Of a DNA stretch of 64,000 nt, positions 13,520 to 27,788 are shown piece after piece. Made by a program: the position numbers and the translations under genes. The first letter of the stretch is position 1; each line of letters starts with the position of its first letter. The notes below the pieces were generated by a model that saw only the letters and a list, made by a program, of their open reading frames with translations, was not told the DNA's origin and did no database searches. The DNA is from Marsupella aquatica (taxonomy: Eukaryota > Plantae > Marchantiophyta): NCBI GenBank assembly GCA_973895155.1, contig OZ316898.1, forward strand, positions 11,121,187 to 11,185,186, read 5' to 3'.

Positions 13520-15039
13520 TAAGCTGAACCTCAGCCCCAGCAGGCACATTTCGCCATTTCCTCCCGTGCAGCTGAGCTCTCTTCCTCCGGCTACCGAGGT
13601 GGGTGTTTCTCTGCTGCTGCGATTAGTGTACCATAGATCAATGTTTTCTCGTAGCAATGGGTGAATGTTGTTTCTCGTGCTCTGATTAGTGTACCATGGA
13701 TAAAGGGTGCTACACTTGTGACGAGATGTAGGGGACTCTAGATATCTGATGTTCAGATGAACCTATTGACTGGGGTTGGGAGTGTCAAACCCCCTTCCCA
13801 GATTTTGCTCCATGTAACCCAATCTTATTAGTACTTTGCCATAGAAACCTCCCTCTATGGCCTAGGTCTGAAGTGAAACCTCTAGATCAGAACTCATAAC
13901 TCTGCCCGCATCACTTAAAGCCCGGGGTGCAGGGAATGGGGACAAATCATAAACTAGTGTGAATAATAAAGAATCTTTTTTCTTGCAAGTGTTTTTTTAC
14001 TCATGTCTATTTGTGTTCAAAAGAACTGATAATCAGGCTAGTTATTTAGAAAACCTGATTTGACACTCTTTGGTGTGCAGTCTGAAGTACATCCAGATCC
14101 CTCTCATGGACTAGTGCCATAAGGTGAGTTCAGGTAACTTGAAACTTGAAGTATTCATAAGCAATGGCCTTCATTGCAACAGCTGTTGGCATCGGACAGC
14201 CACCTCTTCCCCAATGGACGCATTAACCACCCTCGGCACATGCAACAGAGAGGTGGGTCAACTGCTCGCCCCTCTGTCACAGCCCTTAAGCCCTCCTCCC
14301 CTCCGCCCTGCACTTCGAAGGGGATACAACAACGATCAAAGGCAGAGCCCTGCATCTCCAGGAGAGGGGTATTGTAATCTATACTATCAACTTCAATCCT
14401 TCTAGAGATCATTTTGAAGAATGGGTAGACGATGTGATTGTGCTGAATATGAACATTAGCGTACCAAGCCAAAGTAATTGTTGCTTTAGCTTTTTGCTAG
14501 TTATTTCCACCCATAAAGAGCAAAATCATATATTAGCTGGGGTTCCTTTTCACATGGGGAACAAGCCAGTTATAACCATGCCATGGGCAGCCAATTTTGA
14601 CGCTTAGACCATGAGAAGATCACAAGCCCCAATGTGGATAGATCTACCAATGGTGCACCTGTTTATGGAGATCTATGCTATTGGACTGTTAGCCTCTGTA
14701 GGCAAAGTAGTATATGCAGCCACCACCAATTCTCGTAGTAGATTTTCTCACATTCGAGGTTGTGTGCTTGTCGACTTGAATCAAGACTTGTTGAATATAT
14801 ACAGAATATTTAGCTTACCAAACATAAAAGATTTCAAGATAGCATATGAGTACAGGTCAATGCTAGATGCCTGCTTTGTTTGGAGGAAGAGGGGGCACGA
14901 GGCACAATACTGCCCCACCAGAAAGAAGGTTACTACAATAGAGTTTGAGTACTCAGAAGCAGGAATTACACTACCTCTAGACCAAGCCATCATGATAACA
15001 AGCACAGATGGAATCAAACCTGATGACCAAAGCCAAGGG

Positions 15040-15269
15040 GACATGAGGGAAGCCAGAGTTGAAGGGACACAAACACTACACATTGCAACCATACATACCC
15101 ATTTCAGGCTCTAATGTTTGCGGAAGACCATCTAGAGGATTCTCCTACTCAATTGACATGAGGGAAGCCAGAGTTGAAGGGACACAAACACTACACATTG
15201 CAACCATACATACCCATTTCAGGCTCTAATGGTTGCTGAAGACCATCTAGAGGATTCTCCTACTCAATT
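15040..15269. repeat. Near-perfect tandem duplication, 115-bp unit
   Basis: GACATGAGGGAAGCCAGAGTTGAAGG...GGATTCTCCTACTCAATT at 15040-15154 and 15155-15269. Confidence 0.95.
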
Positions 15270-15509
15270 ATTGACAGCAACAAAATCACACTCTAGAGGC
15301 CTGACACCCACATAAGCACATACACCCACCAAAACCTAGCACCATGCAGACTCTACCAGCACATAGGTTATTGTAGTACTCACGCCAATCAAGCAAAACA
15401 AGCCAGCCACTAACAAACAACTGATAACAACACAATCTAAAACAACAATGAAAACAAATTCCTATTAAAAACATCCAAACAGCCCTATGGTCTTTGAAAA
15501 ACAGAAAAG

Positions 15510-15865
15510 CATGAGAGTTGTGTTTGAAAATGGAATTTTTTAAGTCTCCATTTTTTCTTCAATCACATCATTTTAACACATTGCCCGGGCCTTGTGTTTG
15601 AATACTGGCATTGTGTTTGAGTTGGACACTATGTTTAAGATTTTACCCTAACCTGTTCTACATTGAGCACAAATAGTAAAACATTCAAGAATCATATGAC
15701 AATACCAATATTCAAACACAACGTCAATATTCAAACATACGCCCTACAAATATAAAAAATTAAAACACATAGTCAAAACTCAAATGCAACGCCCCGGGCG
15801 CAGTATTTCAATAGAGCGCCCCATGACCCACTATTCAAATACAAGGCCACGGCGTTGTGTTTGGG
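15510..15865. mobile_element. Foldback/MITE-like insertion within the LINE
   Basis: TTGTGTTTGA motifs (~15518, 15591, 15611) face inverted TTCAAACA(C/T)A motifs (~15711, 15730). GCCCGGGC...TTTGAGTT..ACTATG has an inverted counterpart at ~15768-15800. No TSD resolved. Confidence 0.4.
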
Positions 15866-18496
15866 GGAAGATGGTAGCATCTCTAGCAAACAAAGCAACA
15901 ATTGTACATCGATCAAGACATCACCTTAGACACACCAACACATGGCCCATAAAAGAGAAACAAGACTGCACTTGAACTTTCACACACAGAGGTCAATCTC
16001 ATGGACGCAACACTAGAATAGATGGAAGAAGATGAGAACAAGCTACTTTATTCTGTCAAGAGGGTAGGAAATGACAAATTGGATCCAGCCCCCTTAACTA
16101 CACAATTGACACAAGGATTGCTCTAGTTCTAGGACCCATGTAGGAGCCGGGGTTCCTTCCAAAAATCATGTGGCGCTTCAATTTAAAAGACAATCACTGC
16201 AAAAATAGACGAGACCTTGTATTGTAGAAGTTAATGTTCTCAAGCATAGTTATATTTGGTGATGAGATAATGGGTTTCAAACAGATTTTTGTCATTTATC
16301 CAAAGAGAGACACCATAAAGGGTAAATAGATACACACCCAGCCAAGGCCATGTCAAAACAAAACCATACCCACACATATCTCATGACTTAGTCATACAGA
16401 TGGGTACAAGGAGCATCTTTATTATAAATGATATTCACCTAATCATTATTCATGACAAAGGGCAATCTTGAGGCTCATGAAGAGCCTCGGGTACACCTAC
16501 CCATGCCTATTGCTTGCCTTTTCATATTTTTTTGAATTGTTACTGGCATGAATGATCCCCATTTTTTGGGTGGGGTGAATGTTAAAAGCATTCTTGGCAC
16601 ACAATAGGTGTTCATCTCGAGACCTTCCATTCCCCAACTGAGCTATGCTACCAGTGAGCCTTTCCCCAATCCGTGTCAGCATCCATTGGCACCAAGTATT
16701 TATCCTAAAATTTGATCTAGCACATGCGGCCAGCGGGCAACACTTACGGGCTGATTAATACAGATTTGCATTAATTAGCCTCAAGATTGGGTTTTGTCCT
16801 TAATCTAAGCATTCATGTCAGACATTCACAAGGTGCCGACAACAAATGGCTTATCATGGGAATATTTACCATGGTGTAAATCCAGTGGAACAGAACAATG
16901 GACACAAAACAAATGATAGTGGAATGTCCTGACCCATATTTTACAGAGTGTAGACAGAGCTTAGATAATAGTGTGTGTGAAAAATGTAGTCAGAGGGAGG
17001 CATCAGTGAGAGACACGTGTGTTGTGTCAAGAGAATAATAGGTGCGAGGAGCAACAGTGAGATTAAAGGTCTTGTAAGAGATGAGGGAATCTAGGTTTTC
17101 ATTATGGGGTCCAAAGATCTATAATGACCGTCAAATCTAGGGTACTTTTATTTGAATAGTATATGTGCTGACATCTCTTAACCTCATGATCAAATGGTTG
17201 TGTATGCACCAGACATATACTATATTTAATTTGGCCTACAAATGTACATATAAGACTAGAATACTCATATTGTTTATAAATGTAAATTGTCAATACATAT
17301 TGTGAGGTATCTTCAGGACATTGACCATGATTGATTAGGTATGACAAGTTTGTTTCTAACTTAGGTTGCATGATCTAGTGCCTTCTTTTATCGAGAGAGA
17401 GATGTAATGTCAAGATTTTAACACCCAATCAAGGCCACATCAATATCCCACAATATCAAGTCATATATTTAGAAGAAGTTGTGGAAAGTCTTTAGAAAGA
17501 TATACACCTCAATCATGCATACCAAAAGACATCATCACATTACTCAAGAATCCTTTACAAGTTGATAATCATAGTAGACAGGTTATGAAGAGTATTAGGG
17601 TGGGTGTGAGTAGATATACAAATAGATTCTTATAAAGTGATACACAAAATGTATATATAGGGCATGAACAATACAAAGTTGTAATTGCATGACTGAAATG
17701 TCTCGATAAGATTAAGTTGTACCTCAAGATATCAATGTTAGGTTGTGATTGGTGCATAAAGGGCCACACTTTAGGCAATTCTTAACAAGTCTAAAGTGAC
17801 AAGTAGTGTAGCATGAAAATAACTATATAAAGATTAGTGATTGAAATAAGTATGTAACTTGCTTATCTAGCTTGTGTGACATCATAACCAAACACCAAAA
17901 AGCAGAGTATTTGTAGCATCAACTGATATGTAACGAGTAGTTATGTGAAAGAGTTTAAAAGATGTATAAATGATTCTATGAGAAATATTTTAGTGTTTTG
18001 CAATCCAGCCATGTCATTGTGTCAAAACGTCATGCTATAGACCCTTAAGGTCGTCATTCAGCCCCGGTCCTTAAGGCGACTCCTAAAAAAAGAAGTTAGG
18101 TTATGTGTTTCTACTACATTCAACTGCAATAGTGATGGGGAGACACATAGTAATTTAAGGCTAGCAAAAAAGTTCTAGGAATTAAATCTCTAGGTGTTAC
18201 AAAGATATAATTATAAGGTGTCATTTTAGCACTGGGTAGTTGCTTGGTGACAATAGTACTCCAATGTTGTGTCCACAACGCTGAGCATGGGCCTTATTCT
18301 TTTATCAGGAATAGATGGACATATCCATTCACATATCCAGTGTCTTTGTTCAACCGCCGCCACGTCCTGGATCAAAATCGTGCTTCAATAACCACGATTT
18401 CTAGTCCCATGTTTCTACAACAATGTTTACATGGCTGCAGGGAGACATGGGCCGGAAAAGGACGAGTCATCCAAGCTCTACTTTTTTCCTCTCAAT

Positions 18497-18510
18497 TTGT
18501 TTTTGTTTTG

Positions 18511-18540
<30 letters not shown>
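18497..18540. repeat. (TTTTG)n microsatellite
   Basis: Direct reading of the pentanucleotide array. Confidence 0.95.
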
Positions 18541-18541
<1 letters not shown>

Positions 18542-20711
18542 TCTCAATTGGTGGTTTTAATATGCCATCCATTCAAACACAGATGTCATTCACGTGTACA
18601 ACACTAATCAATCAAAAACCATTTGTTGTAAATGTGTTATTTAGCACCTGAGTCTGATGCAATCCCTTGGTGTGACGATTTGTGGCTGATACTTTGTTGA
18701 GTCACTCAGCTATCCTCGATCCTTGGCCTATGTTGTTCTTGTGTCCCACAAACTGCTTGTCCCACTAGCTTCTTGTCAATGTTGTTTGGTCCCTTCACTC
18801 TCACTGCCATGTCAGTTGCGTACGTTGCTTTTTGAGGATGGCCTGGTCCCATCGTTGGGTGTGCCAATGGTGGATAGCGCACATAAGGTGATTTTGGTTG
18901 GATGGCTGCAGTTGGCAGTGCCGATACATTGGCTCTCAATTTAGGGCACCCTCTTATGATCTTTTAGCTATGGACATTCTAGGTACAGTTTGGACAAATC
19001 AATGGCTCTGGTGGCCACATTATTATAGTGCGAAGTTGTAGCCTTGTTATTCTATTGTAGATACTGCTCTCATGTATTTTACAAGGTGTGATTACTGCAT
19101 AGTTATACCTTGTTATTGCATAGTTACCATGCAGTATATCTCACGGTCAGATATTATGGTCTGTATTTGTCTTTATGTGTGACAAGAGGATATGCCAGGT
19201 CCTCCTCCATCTTCCCCCTTGATCTACCCCTTATGGGTGGGACCCAATCTCAGGCAAAATTCTGCCCCTACCCTCTTGCTCTGCCCCTTATAGGTGGGGA
19301 CTTCATAGATGAGAGCTTGGGACACAATTCCCATGCGCATTAGTTACTTTTTGGCAAAAGTTCTCCAAAGCCGTACTCTCATGTGTGTGGTGAGATTACC
19401 ACAAAGAGAATTTTGAGGAATTTGGGGACCTGATCCCCAAATTTTGTCCCTCATAGAAAGAAATTTGCCAATTTGGTGATTGTCCTTAATCTATAGAATA
19501 ATTTTCCTTAGTATTAGCAATGCTTGATCCACTACCTCTTTCTGTGGACACCCTCTGCCCCAGGTACTGGCTGTCCAGTTTGGGAGCCAACAAGAGCTTT
19601 AGATGGAATTGAAATAAACTCAAATTGATCTTGTGTAAAAACCTTGGCAGATCAATCAGACCTCTCTTAATTAGGGATTGTCCCCTTTTAGTCATGGTTT
19701 GGCTTCGTTGTGTTACCCAACTTGTCCATGTATTTACTTTTTACGGTCTTGGAGAAAAGTTCAACCTTGAGTGCCTTTCTTGAATAAGAAAGGAAAAGTA
19801 TGGCAAACCTAAACACTACAATATGGCATTTCAATCTTTCTCATGGTCTGTTTACATGTAGGATGATGATGGTCTCGGCCGGGGGTTACTAGGCGGTAAC
19901 CCTATGACCAAAAAATGAAGAAAAGTTGAGCAGCTGTAGCCAAGCAGTTTTTCTGTAAATTCCAGGAGCAAGGTTCATACTAGAACCTCAGCCTAGACAG
20001 TCTTTGTATTACGTAAATGCATTACAATAAAAGGCTACCAATCACAAGTTTCCAAGCAATAGATTATGGAAGTGACAAGGACCTCCAGAAATGATTACAC
20101 ACCGGTAACCTGTATCCCATACCGCATCTAAAAATATCAATGTGGCAGGAACCCTCCATAGCCATTTGATTACGGTGACATTTTTCCCTGACCATGAGAC
20201 GGACCTAAACTAAAGGTGCAACATGCAGCTTAATTTTCCACACCCAGGCGGACACTCCTCAAAATCCAGTTGCTAGGCCTACTTATCAGCTCCATGCAGC
20301 ATTTGTAATCTCCATAATGCCGTGTAGTGCATAAGCATTGGGCAGGTAGGTCAAATATATATGATGGTAATCTCCACCAAAAAAATTAGCAATTTATCGA
20401 ATCTTAGCATAGCCAACAAACAAAGCCAAATTTCAGACACTGATTTAAAGTTCCGCTTGTAGTACTAGAGTTTTGAGTTACTCCCTCCGGAGATATCATA
20501 CCCGTGACCTTGCCCTAGAATCAACGATCTAGATCCATCTCACAACGCGCGGCTAGGATCACCCCAGGGCTCTTCGCTTTCGCTCGTAGGAAAAACACAC
20601 GGGATCCAGTTCCTCACCCTTTTCCTTTCTTTCCTTCTCGAATCGAAGCTCTTCAGCCGCAGTCGAGGAGGATCGGAACAGAGCGGAGCGGAGCTCGACG
20701 AATTTGGCACG

Positions 20712-21997
20712 ATGGTGAAGTTTCTGAAGCCCAATAAGGTCGTGGTGCTCCTGCAAGGTCGCTATGCAGGGCGGAAGGCGGTCATCGTGAAGAGCTTCGA
20801 GGATGGAACCAAGGACCGCCCCTATGGCCACGCTTTGGTGGCAGGCATCGCCAAGTACCCCAGGAAGGTCATCAAGAAGGCGTCGGCGAAGACCATCGCG
20901 AAGAGGTCTCGCTTGAAAGTTTTCATTAAGGTTGTTAACTACAACCACATCATGCCGACGAGGTAAGAACAAACATTCAAATGTTGCATCGTTGACCTTC
21001 CAAAGACGTCCCGCTTGGAGCTCATTAAAACTGTGATCTATAACTGCATTATTCCAACTTTGGCGAGAATGAACATTTTCTGTGTCGAATGAGTTAGTGT
21101 GCCAAAGCCTCGGTTGAACTTGCGGCTATGGTAATGGTGAGGCGGGCTTGGAACGTTTATGAGTGATACTCGTGGTCCTCAGGTACACACTCGATGTTGA
21201 TTTGAAGAACGTGGTTACTTCTGAGAAGTTAGACGGGACGTCGAAGAAGGTCGAGGCTCAGAAGGTAAGCTCCACGGGCTCACTCTATCGATGTCATCTA
21301 ACTTGGAATGTATTAAATTCGTCTGCAAGTAGGTAGTCCGCTTCTTGGCTTCCTACTGTTGCTCGAGGCTCTTTCTCCAATGCCGAGTTAGGGCCTGCGC
21401 TCCCATACTTTCCTTACAGCTTTAGGATTGACTGTGATTCTCTGCGATATTCTTGGGACTGTGATTCTCTCGCCATTCTCTGTGCGTGGGGTTCTCGATA
21501 TGAGTGTCGTTGATTCATCTATTCAGGAAGGAAACTAAGGGTCATATATTCCCCTAAATTGCCAAATTCTAGCTGATTTTGTAGTAAAGTAAACTAGGAG
21601 ATAGTCTTTCTAATCTTATGCGGTTACATGCGAAAATAAGTTTCGATCACTAAATTGTTTCCTCTCTCCCCCTCTCTCTGTCACTCGCGTACTCTCCTAT
21701 TCTTCTATTTTGACGTGAACATTGAAAAGGGACGAGAGTAGTAGTATGGTCGATCTGCTGCGGGGCTGGAAGTAAAGTAGAATCGTCGATCATCTTTGTT
21801 TAGGTAGCATACTTTCTGTGAACGCAGAGTCGACCCCTGCGTCACGTCCTACATCTTTGGGGAATTTGTGGAGGAGCCTCTCTCTCGTGATATTGGTCTG
21901 ACTCGAGCCGTGTTTTTTCCAGGAAACGAAGACTATTTTTGAGGATAGATTTAAGACCGGGAAGAATCGGTGGTTCTTCTCTAAGCTCCGGTTTTAG
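20712..21997 (+). CDS. RPL27: 60S ribosomal protein L27 (eL27); 3 exons
   Basis: Exons 20712-20962, 21183-21264, 21923-21997: [50 protein letters not shown]...[15 protein letters not shown]...[18 protein letters not shown]. Confidence 0.98.
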
Positions 21998-22399
21998 TTT
22001 CGAACCAGATATTCCCTAAGGGGACTTTAGGTTTTATTGAGTTTTGACATCGGCAATTCGTATCTTTTGTCCTTAGAGATCCCCCTTCGGCAGAGTCCCC
22101 GTGCCAAGCTTCTAAGAGTTTGTCAATTGTGCTTTAGCTGGTGGGGTTTTAAAGATGCAAAGAGCCTGTTTTCATGTATGTAGTCACAAAGCATGTTTTG
22201 CATCAGGTCTCTGCCAAAAAATGTGATCATATACTTGCTATTAAAGCATGACGTTGAAAAAAATGGTCGTTGTGTGAGTGTATGGTGTGAGTCTGTTGTG
22301 ATTAAGAATATGCATCCTGAGACTCCGTTAAATGCAAAAAATCCAAAAGAAGAGGGAAGACAAGCATGTTTTTAGTGCCCAAAACAGCCGGTCTAAATT

Positions 22400-23700
22400 T
22401 GGGAATGGTACCTCACTGAAAGTGTTTGGAGTGGTCTGTTTCAATTCCTGATGCAGCTAGTTGTCTTAGATCTCTTTCTTCGTGAACAGGTTCGGAGTTT
22501 CTTTTCAGCCGACATACAGGATGGGTGCTAGTCCTGCTCATATGATGAAAACAATTGTTCCGCAGGGACATAACTGGGAAGGAGACATGCATAGAATTCA
22601 GGCTGCTAAGCAGTACAGCTAAATGTATCCTGTGCACAGAAATATATTGTTACACTAACTCCGTCCGGGCATGACTCAGTGATCATTGATCATTAGAAGC
22701 TAGAAATCTTCAGGCAAGGTTTGTATATCCGTCAGTCATGATACAACATCAAAATCTGGAGGGTCAAATGAAGTAGCACACATGTAGGATGTATGTTATG
22801 AATGCGACACCGCAGATTTGACAACTCAAGTCAACGAGTCTCATTTCCTTGGTTTCAAAGTTACGAGTCCCTGTTCCTTGGAAATGAGACTCGTTGGAGC
22901 TGCGGAGGGCCCTTCCTCATTGCTGAGTTGACTGGAAACAAGATGGCCTGTCGAGAACTACTCGAGCTATGATGGTTTCATGGGAAAGGACAATTGGTTC
23001 CATAGAAGCTTCAATGCCAGTACTAATTATTTAAGCGCAGTGTAAAGCCCTCCATGTGAAGGGCACGGATTCCAAGGAACAGAGACTGAAACTCTAGAGC
23101 TCCAAGTCGAACACCATGTTCTATCTGTGGACCTTCAGAATTCCAGGAGAAGGAATAGGACCGTGGCTGTTGCCATCAACCTAAACCGTTACTCTGTCAC
23201 ATATTTAGGTCTGGTCAAACTTTCCTGCAATCATCCTGTATTGGTAGTGTTCTGCTTCCCTATTGCCGTAGCATGTTTTGGTCAGATGGTCATGGAGTGT
23301 ATGAAATTGATGTGACCTGATGGCAATCATAGGGTCAAAATAGAGGTGGCCGAGCCCCACATATGACCCCATTTACAGCAATTTGTTCAGGTACAAATCT
23401 TGTACAGCCAAGCCAGATGTTTATTTCCCAATAGGATATGCTAGGGATCAGTCCCAGAGGAAAGCAAAATATGGAGAATGGAATATGCGCAATGCAGCAT
23501 ATAGCAACATCAACAAAAATTTCTGTCTTACACAGACAAAACTGTGGTATCGGGAACTGCTCCCCGAAGAGGACTGGATGCACAGCTCAAGCCTGTGTTC
23601 TGTTCGGTTGGTGGCAGTGATCCAACCACTCCACACAATTGCACTTCAAAGGGCTTAGGCTTTGATCACCCTTTGTAAAGCCGCGGCAGTTGGTTTTAGT
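22400..23700 (+). mobile_element. Highly degraded LINE 3'-end remnant (tentative)
   Basis: Fragmentary ..GEWNMRNAAYSN.. (cf. L1 ORF2 W.IW..RN) and Cys-containing fragments; multiple stops and frameshifts. Confidence 0.3.
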
Positions 23701-24865
23701 GACTCTAGAGTGATTCTCCTTTGTGATTCTCCTATGTGGTTTACTCTGACTTGAGCTCTACCAGAGTTTTCAATTTTCCACCCAATGGGGTTTTGGCTTG
23801 TTTTGTGATTTTGTTGTTATTGTGGGGGGCTCTTTGGCTTGCTGAGCCTCTTTGGTCCACTCGGGTCTTACCCTTCATCTCCCTTTATTAGGGAGTCTAA
23901 AATGTTAGAAGATGTGGGCTTTTAGCCGGACGAGAACGCACCGTGCGGGATGCAGACTTATAGTGTGTTGTACACTGCCACTCTTTTGCCTGGGCATTTT
24001 TGCTAACGACCGGCAGACTGGCTAAGAGACCTCTCCAAGCTAACTCCCCCTTGGTTATGCATGTCTGAAAGTCAAGTTCCTGCCATAGTTTCAGTCACAA
24101 TAATTTGCGGTCAGTAGCCCGGACTGCAAACAAGAACTACAAAGTTTGAGACTTCCTATTGGGTCTTTTTGCATGTGGGATCATGTCTCCAAATTTGGCA
24201 TTTTTGACTTTTGGGCACTACCATTATAGCATGTTAGTCCTAGAACATGCTTCATTTTGTTTGTTTGTCTTGTACTATATATAAATGACTATTGCATAAT
24301 TGGCTGAACTATGTTCAGCTATGTGATGGGGGACCAAAAAAGTCCCCCAAGATACTTTTGTTTGCAATACATATCCATTTCAATACAATGGCCTGGAATA
24401 TTGAACTTCTATACACTTTTCTTTGTTCTAAAGAGACCAAAACAAAATCCAATGTATTGTATACAGTATTTGTATTCAGTCCAGATCTTGCTGGAAGAGG
24501 AAAGAGATGAGGGGAACATTTAATGATTTGTCTTTTGTGTTTAGTTCATTCTTCTTTTGTTCTGTTTCACTTTGTTTGTCTTAAGCTAAGTATGTTTAAT
24601 ACTTGCTCTTTTAGGTTCAGCCTAATGTGACCAAACCCCCTTTGATCAAGGGCCTGGTATTTGATAGTATTGCGTGGGAGAAACATAACACATACCAAAT
24701 AAAAGTACATTTCACATAAATGACCAGTAAAAGTATAGGCTCGCAAATCTTAAAAAGTTGTGCACATAAGGTACATATTCTCACTTGCCATGATGACACT
24801 CAAGTCATCTTGTGATGGCATGGTGCCAAAATACTTTAAAATCAAAATCATACAAGTGATGCACC

Positions 24866-25225
24866 TTGTGATAGCACATTGAAATAAAAATATATGACAA
24901 AAAATATTAGACAGTAAGACAAAACACTGAAAGGTGGATTGGCCATTATAGCAATGTCCAATATATATACACTTTGTGTATATGGCACATTGAAATAAAA
25001 ATATATAACAAAAAGTATTGATAAGACAAAACACTGGAAAAATGGAAAGATGTATTGGCCATTATAACAATGTCAAAATTTACATATATATATACTCAAT
25101 CTAAACCATGCAAATCGATGCCCCTTGTGTATATGCCACAATGAAAAAAATATATATAACAAAAAGATTAGTAAGACAAAATAGTGAAAAGTGTATTGGG
25201 TTAGAGCAATGTCGAAATTTACACA
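24866..25225. repeat. AT-rich imperfect tandem repeat, about three copies of a ~105-150 bp unit
   Basis: TTGTG.ATATG.CACA.TGAAA.AAAA.TATAT.ACAAAAA...TAAGACAAAA...TTGG.....TA..GCAATGTC at ~24866, ~24974 and ~25125. Confidence 0.8.
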
Positions 25226-25631
25226 CGAATCTTGGTTCTGAGCTTACAGTGCAGTAATTTGCGAGGGCGTGTTTCAGCTGCGCTCCTCGATCGAAGCTCT
25301 CAGTTATTATTCTAGTCCATTCGGAATCCGGGCTGCAGCAGCAAACAGACACTTTGGTGGTGGATTCCTCCCCTCCCCTGTCTTTTGGTCGTCGGGAATC
25401 CTCTTCGGTGCTCTGATCTGAATTGTTCTGGTCACCAAGACGGAACGCTTTTCTCCCTGGGCCGACACCCAATTCATCGAATTTGCACGAGTTGCGTGCT
25501 CTGTTGTGTGAGGATGGCAGTTCTCTAGAGGAGAGACGGAAGGGCAGAGCTGAAAGGGAAAGGAAGAAAGGAAGAAAAGAAGGAAGAAGGTGGAGAAGAG
25601 GTGTCACGACGAAGGGGAAGGGCGGGCGGCG

Positions 25632-27788
25632 ATGGGTGGGTTGTTGAAAGCATGGATCGGTGTGCTCTTGATCTGCTTATGTGGTGTGGTGGATGCCCTG
25701 CGTTTGGAGGTGCCCGTTTCCTCCACAAAATGCATTGCTGACGACATCCAATCGGAAGTTTTAACCGTGGGGGACTACAGTGTGGTCTCTCCCACCGATG
25801 GAGAGGGCATCACTATCAGGGTTCGTTTGCCTCTCTTTTTATCCTGCCAGATAATTACTTTGTCTTGCCGTTGTTTCAGCCTATCTTCCCTTTGGCTACC
25901 TCTGCCCGACTAGAACTTCACAATTCATCCGTTGAATGCTTCGTTTTGATCACAGAAGAGAAGTTGGTCAAGGTAGCTGGTTAACCACTGACTTCAATTT
26001 CGGAGTCCTTCTTATGTCCTCCCCCCCATTTGTAATCGGTTCGAAAGCAAAATTGGCCATGCGCGGCTCGAAACCTCCATTCGCTCGTTGTCCATTCTTG
26101 AGCCTCTAGCGCAGCTGCGTGAATGAAAGTCCATGTGACGATAAGCCTACCTTCAAACAGTTGTGATCAGTCAGTGGACCCTGATAGAAACCTAAAGGTC
26201 CGTAATTTGTGCTGCGGCACAATCTCTCGGTCTTGTGCCTACTTGCACAACGAGGGTAAACGATCGCTTTTTGGATAACATAGAGAATTATCTCCCGGGC
26301 CTGTGTTCCCCTTTCTGCCTGGTCAGTAGGGTGTGAAATAGATCTGAATTAATCACCTTTTCGCCCCGGCGAAATTCAGTTGAGGTGGTTGTATGAGATT
26401 TAGAACCCTAGTTCTGAGTTCCTGCTAAGCTCCAAAACCCCACTCGCTTCAGTTTAAGATGAGCATGAAGTGGAATAGTACGAATCAAAGTCCTAGTTCT
26501 GATTCATTGGATGATGTGGAATACAGGTAACCTCTCCGTCTGGAAAGCAGTTATATTACAAAGACAATCATCAAGTTGGGCAGTTTGCTTTCACGACCCA
26601 GGAGGGAGGCAATTTCATGGTTTGCTTCTGGATTCAACATGGAACACAGGGATCGTCCCTTAATGTAGACCTTGACTGGAAAACAGGAGTGGCAGCAAAA
26701 GATTGGGCAGGTGTTGCTAAGAAGGAGAAACTTGATGTACGTACTCATCCCATATTATTTATTATTACTATCCTGCAGGGTGATTGTTCGACTCGCTACT
26801 GACGAATGTGAGAACCTTTCACAACTAGTGAGCTATGATTTGCTGATTGCAGAATAAAACTTTAAGCTGCTCCTTTTAGGGATTGGCAATAACAGCTATT
26901 GGTTACCCTTTTAAGTTTTCCCTTGAACATATCCGCTCAAGGAATTGTGTTTGACATCAACAGATGTAATGGCTTGGAAAGGGTAATGCGAATGTGAACA
27001 AATAATATCAGTTTTCCCGACCTAACGTTAGATACTTTATGGAATGATTTTATGAGAGACCAATGTTACTTGTTTCAACACGAATATCTAATGGACCTTT
27101 GGCACTCCTGTAATTGAGAATGATTTGTATCAATGATACTACAATCTGAATACTAGATTAATGGCTATACAAGTTTTTCGATATGACTGATTAAAGTGCT
27201 GGAACTGGCTTCAAATCTGACCTTTTAAGTCGTTGCTGATACTAGGACATGCAAGTCGAATTAAGGAAGCTCGAGGAAGCTGTAGAATCCATCCATACTG
27301 AAATGCTTCGCCTCCGAAAAAGGTAGGTTGTCAAGTCTATGAAGTCTATTTACTTTTTATTAGTTTTCACGAAGAAGTGCAAATTTTTTGTGCTGAGGAA
27401 ATTTTGGAAACCCCTCCATATGTTGATTTGTTCTCGAAGGGCACAGAGGGCATCATGCCAGCGCCTCTGTAATTTAGTGTCATAATGGGTAGTCCCGCCG
27501 TAGTAGATGGGGCTCTGTAGGTGAGAATCTCTCCAGACGGACATCTTGGGTGCAAGAAGGTTTTAACTTTCGCTGAGGTCATGCAGTAAATTATGCTGAC
27601 TTATTTGGTTGGGTTTCTTCCTTCCTGTTGTTCTTGTGTACAGAGAGGAGGAAATGCGCGACTTAAACGAAAGTACAAATTCTAGAGTGGCATGGTTTAG
27701 TATCATGTCCCTCTTTATATGCCTGGGAGTGGCAGGGTGGCAACTGTGGCACTTGAAGTCATTTTTTGAAAAGAAGAAACTCCTTTAG
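25632..27788 (+). CDS. Transmembrane emp24/p24 domain protein, delta subfamily (TMED10-like); 4 exons
   Basis: Exons 25632-25820, 26527-26736, 27246-27322, 27644-27788. Signal peptide, GOLD domain (TKCIADDI...[17 protein letters not shown]...[11 protein letters not shown]), coiled coil [18 protein letters not shown] helix and FFEKKKLL* dilysine tail. Confidence 0.95.

Larger units (their letters stand above)
14400..16900 (+). mobile_element. Decayed L1-type LINE (ORF1 DUF4283/zinc-knuckle region plus degraded downstream sequence)
   Basis: 14611-15114 reads APMWIDLPMVH...LLASVGKVVY...IRGCVLVDL...YEYRSMLDACFVWRKRGHEAQYCP, the layout of plant L1 ORF1 with a degenerate CX2CX4HX4C knuckle. Many stops in the flanks; boundaries approximate. 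Confidence 0.65.

Noticed and set aside
12997-13664. Multiple overlapping ORFs on both strands (also 62518-62942)
   Set aside because: Read-through of the short transit-peptide exon into intron/UTR, and GC-rich shadow frames.
17100-18000. Possible copia RT/RNase H remnant (e.g. KYIVRYLQ)
   Set aside because: Only isolated few-residue matches; too degenerate to call.
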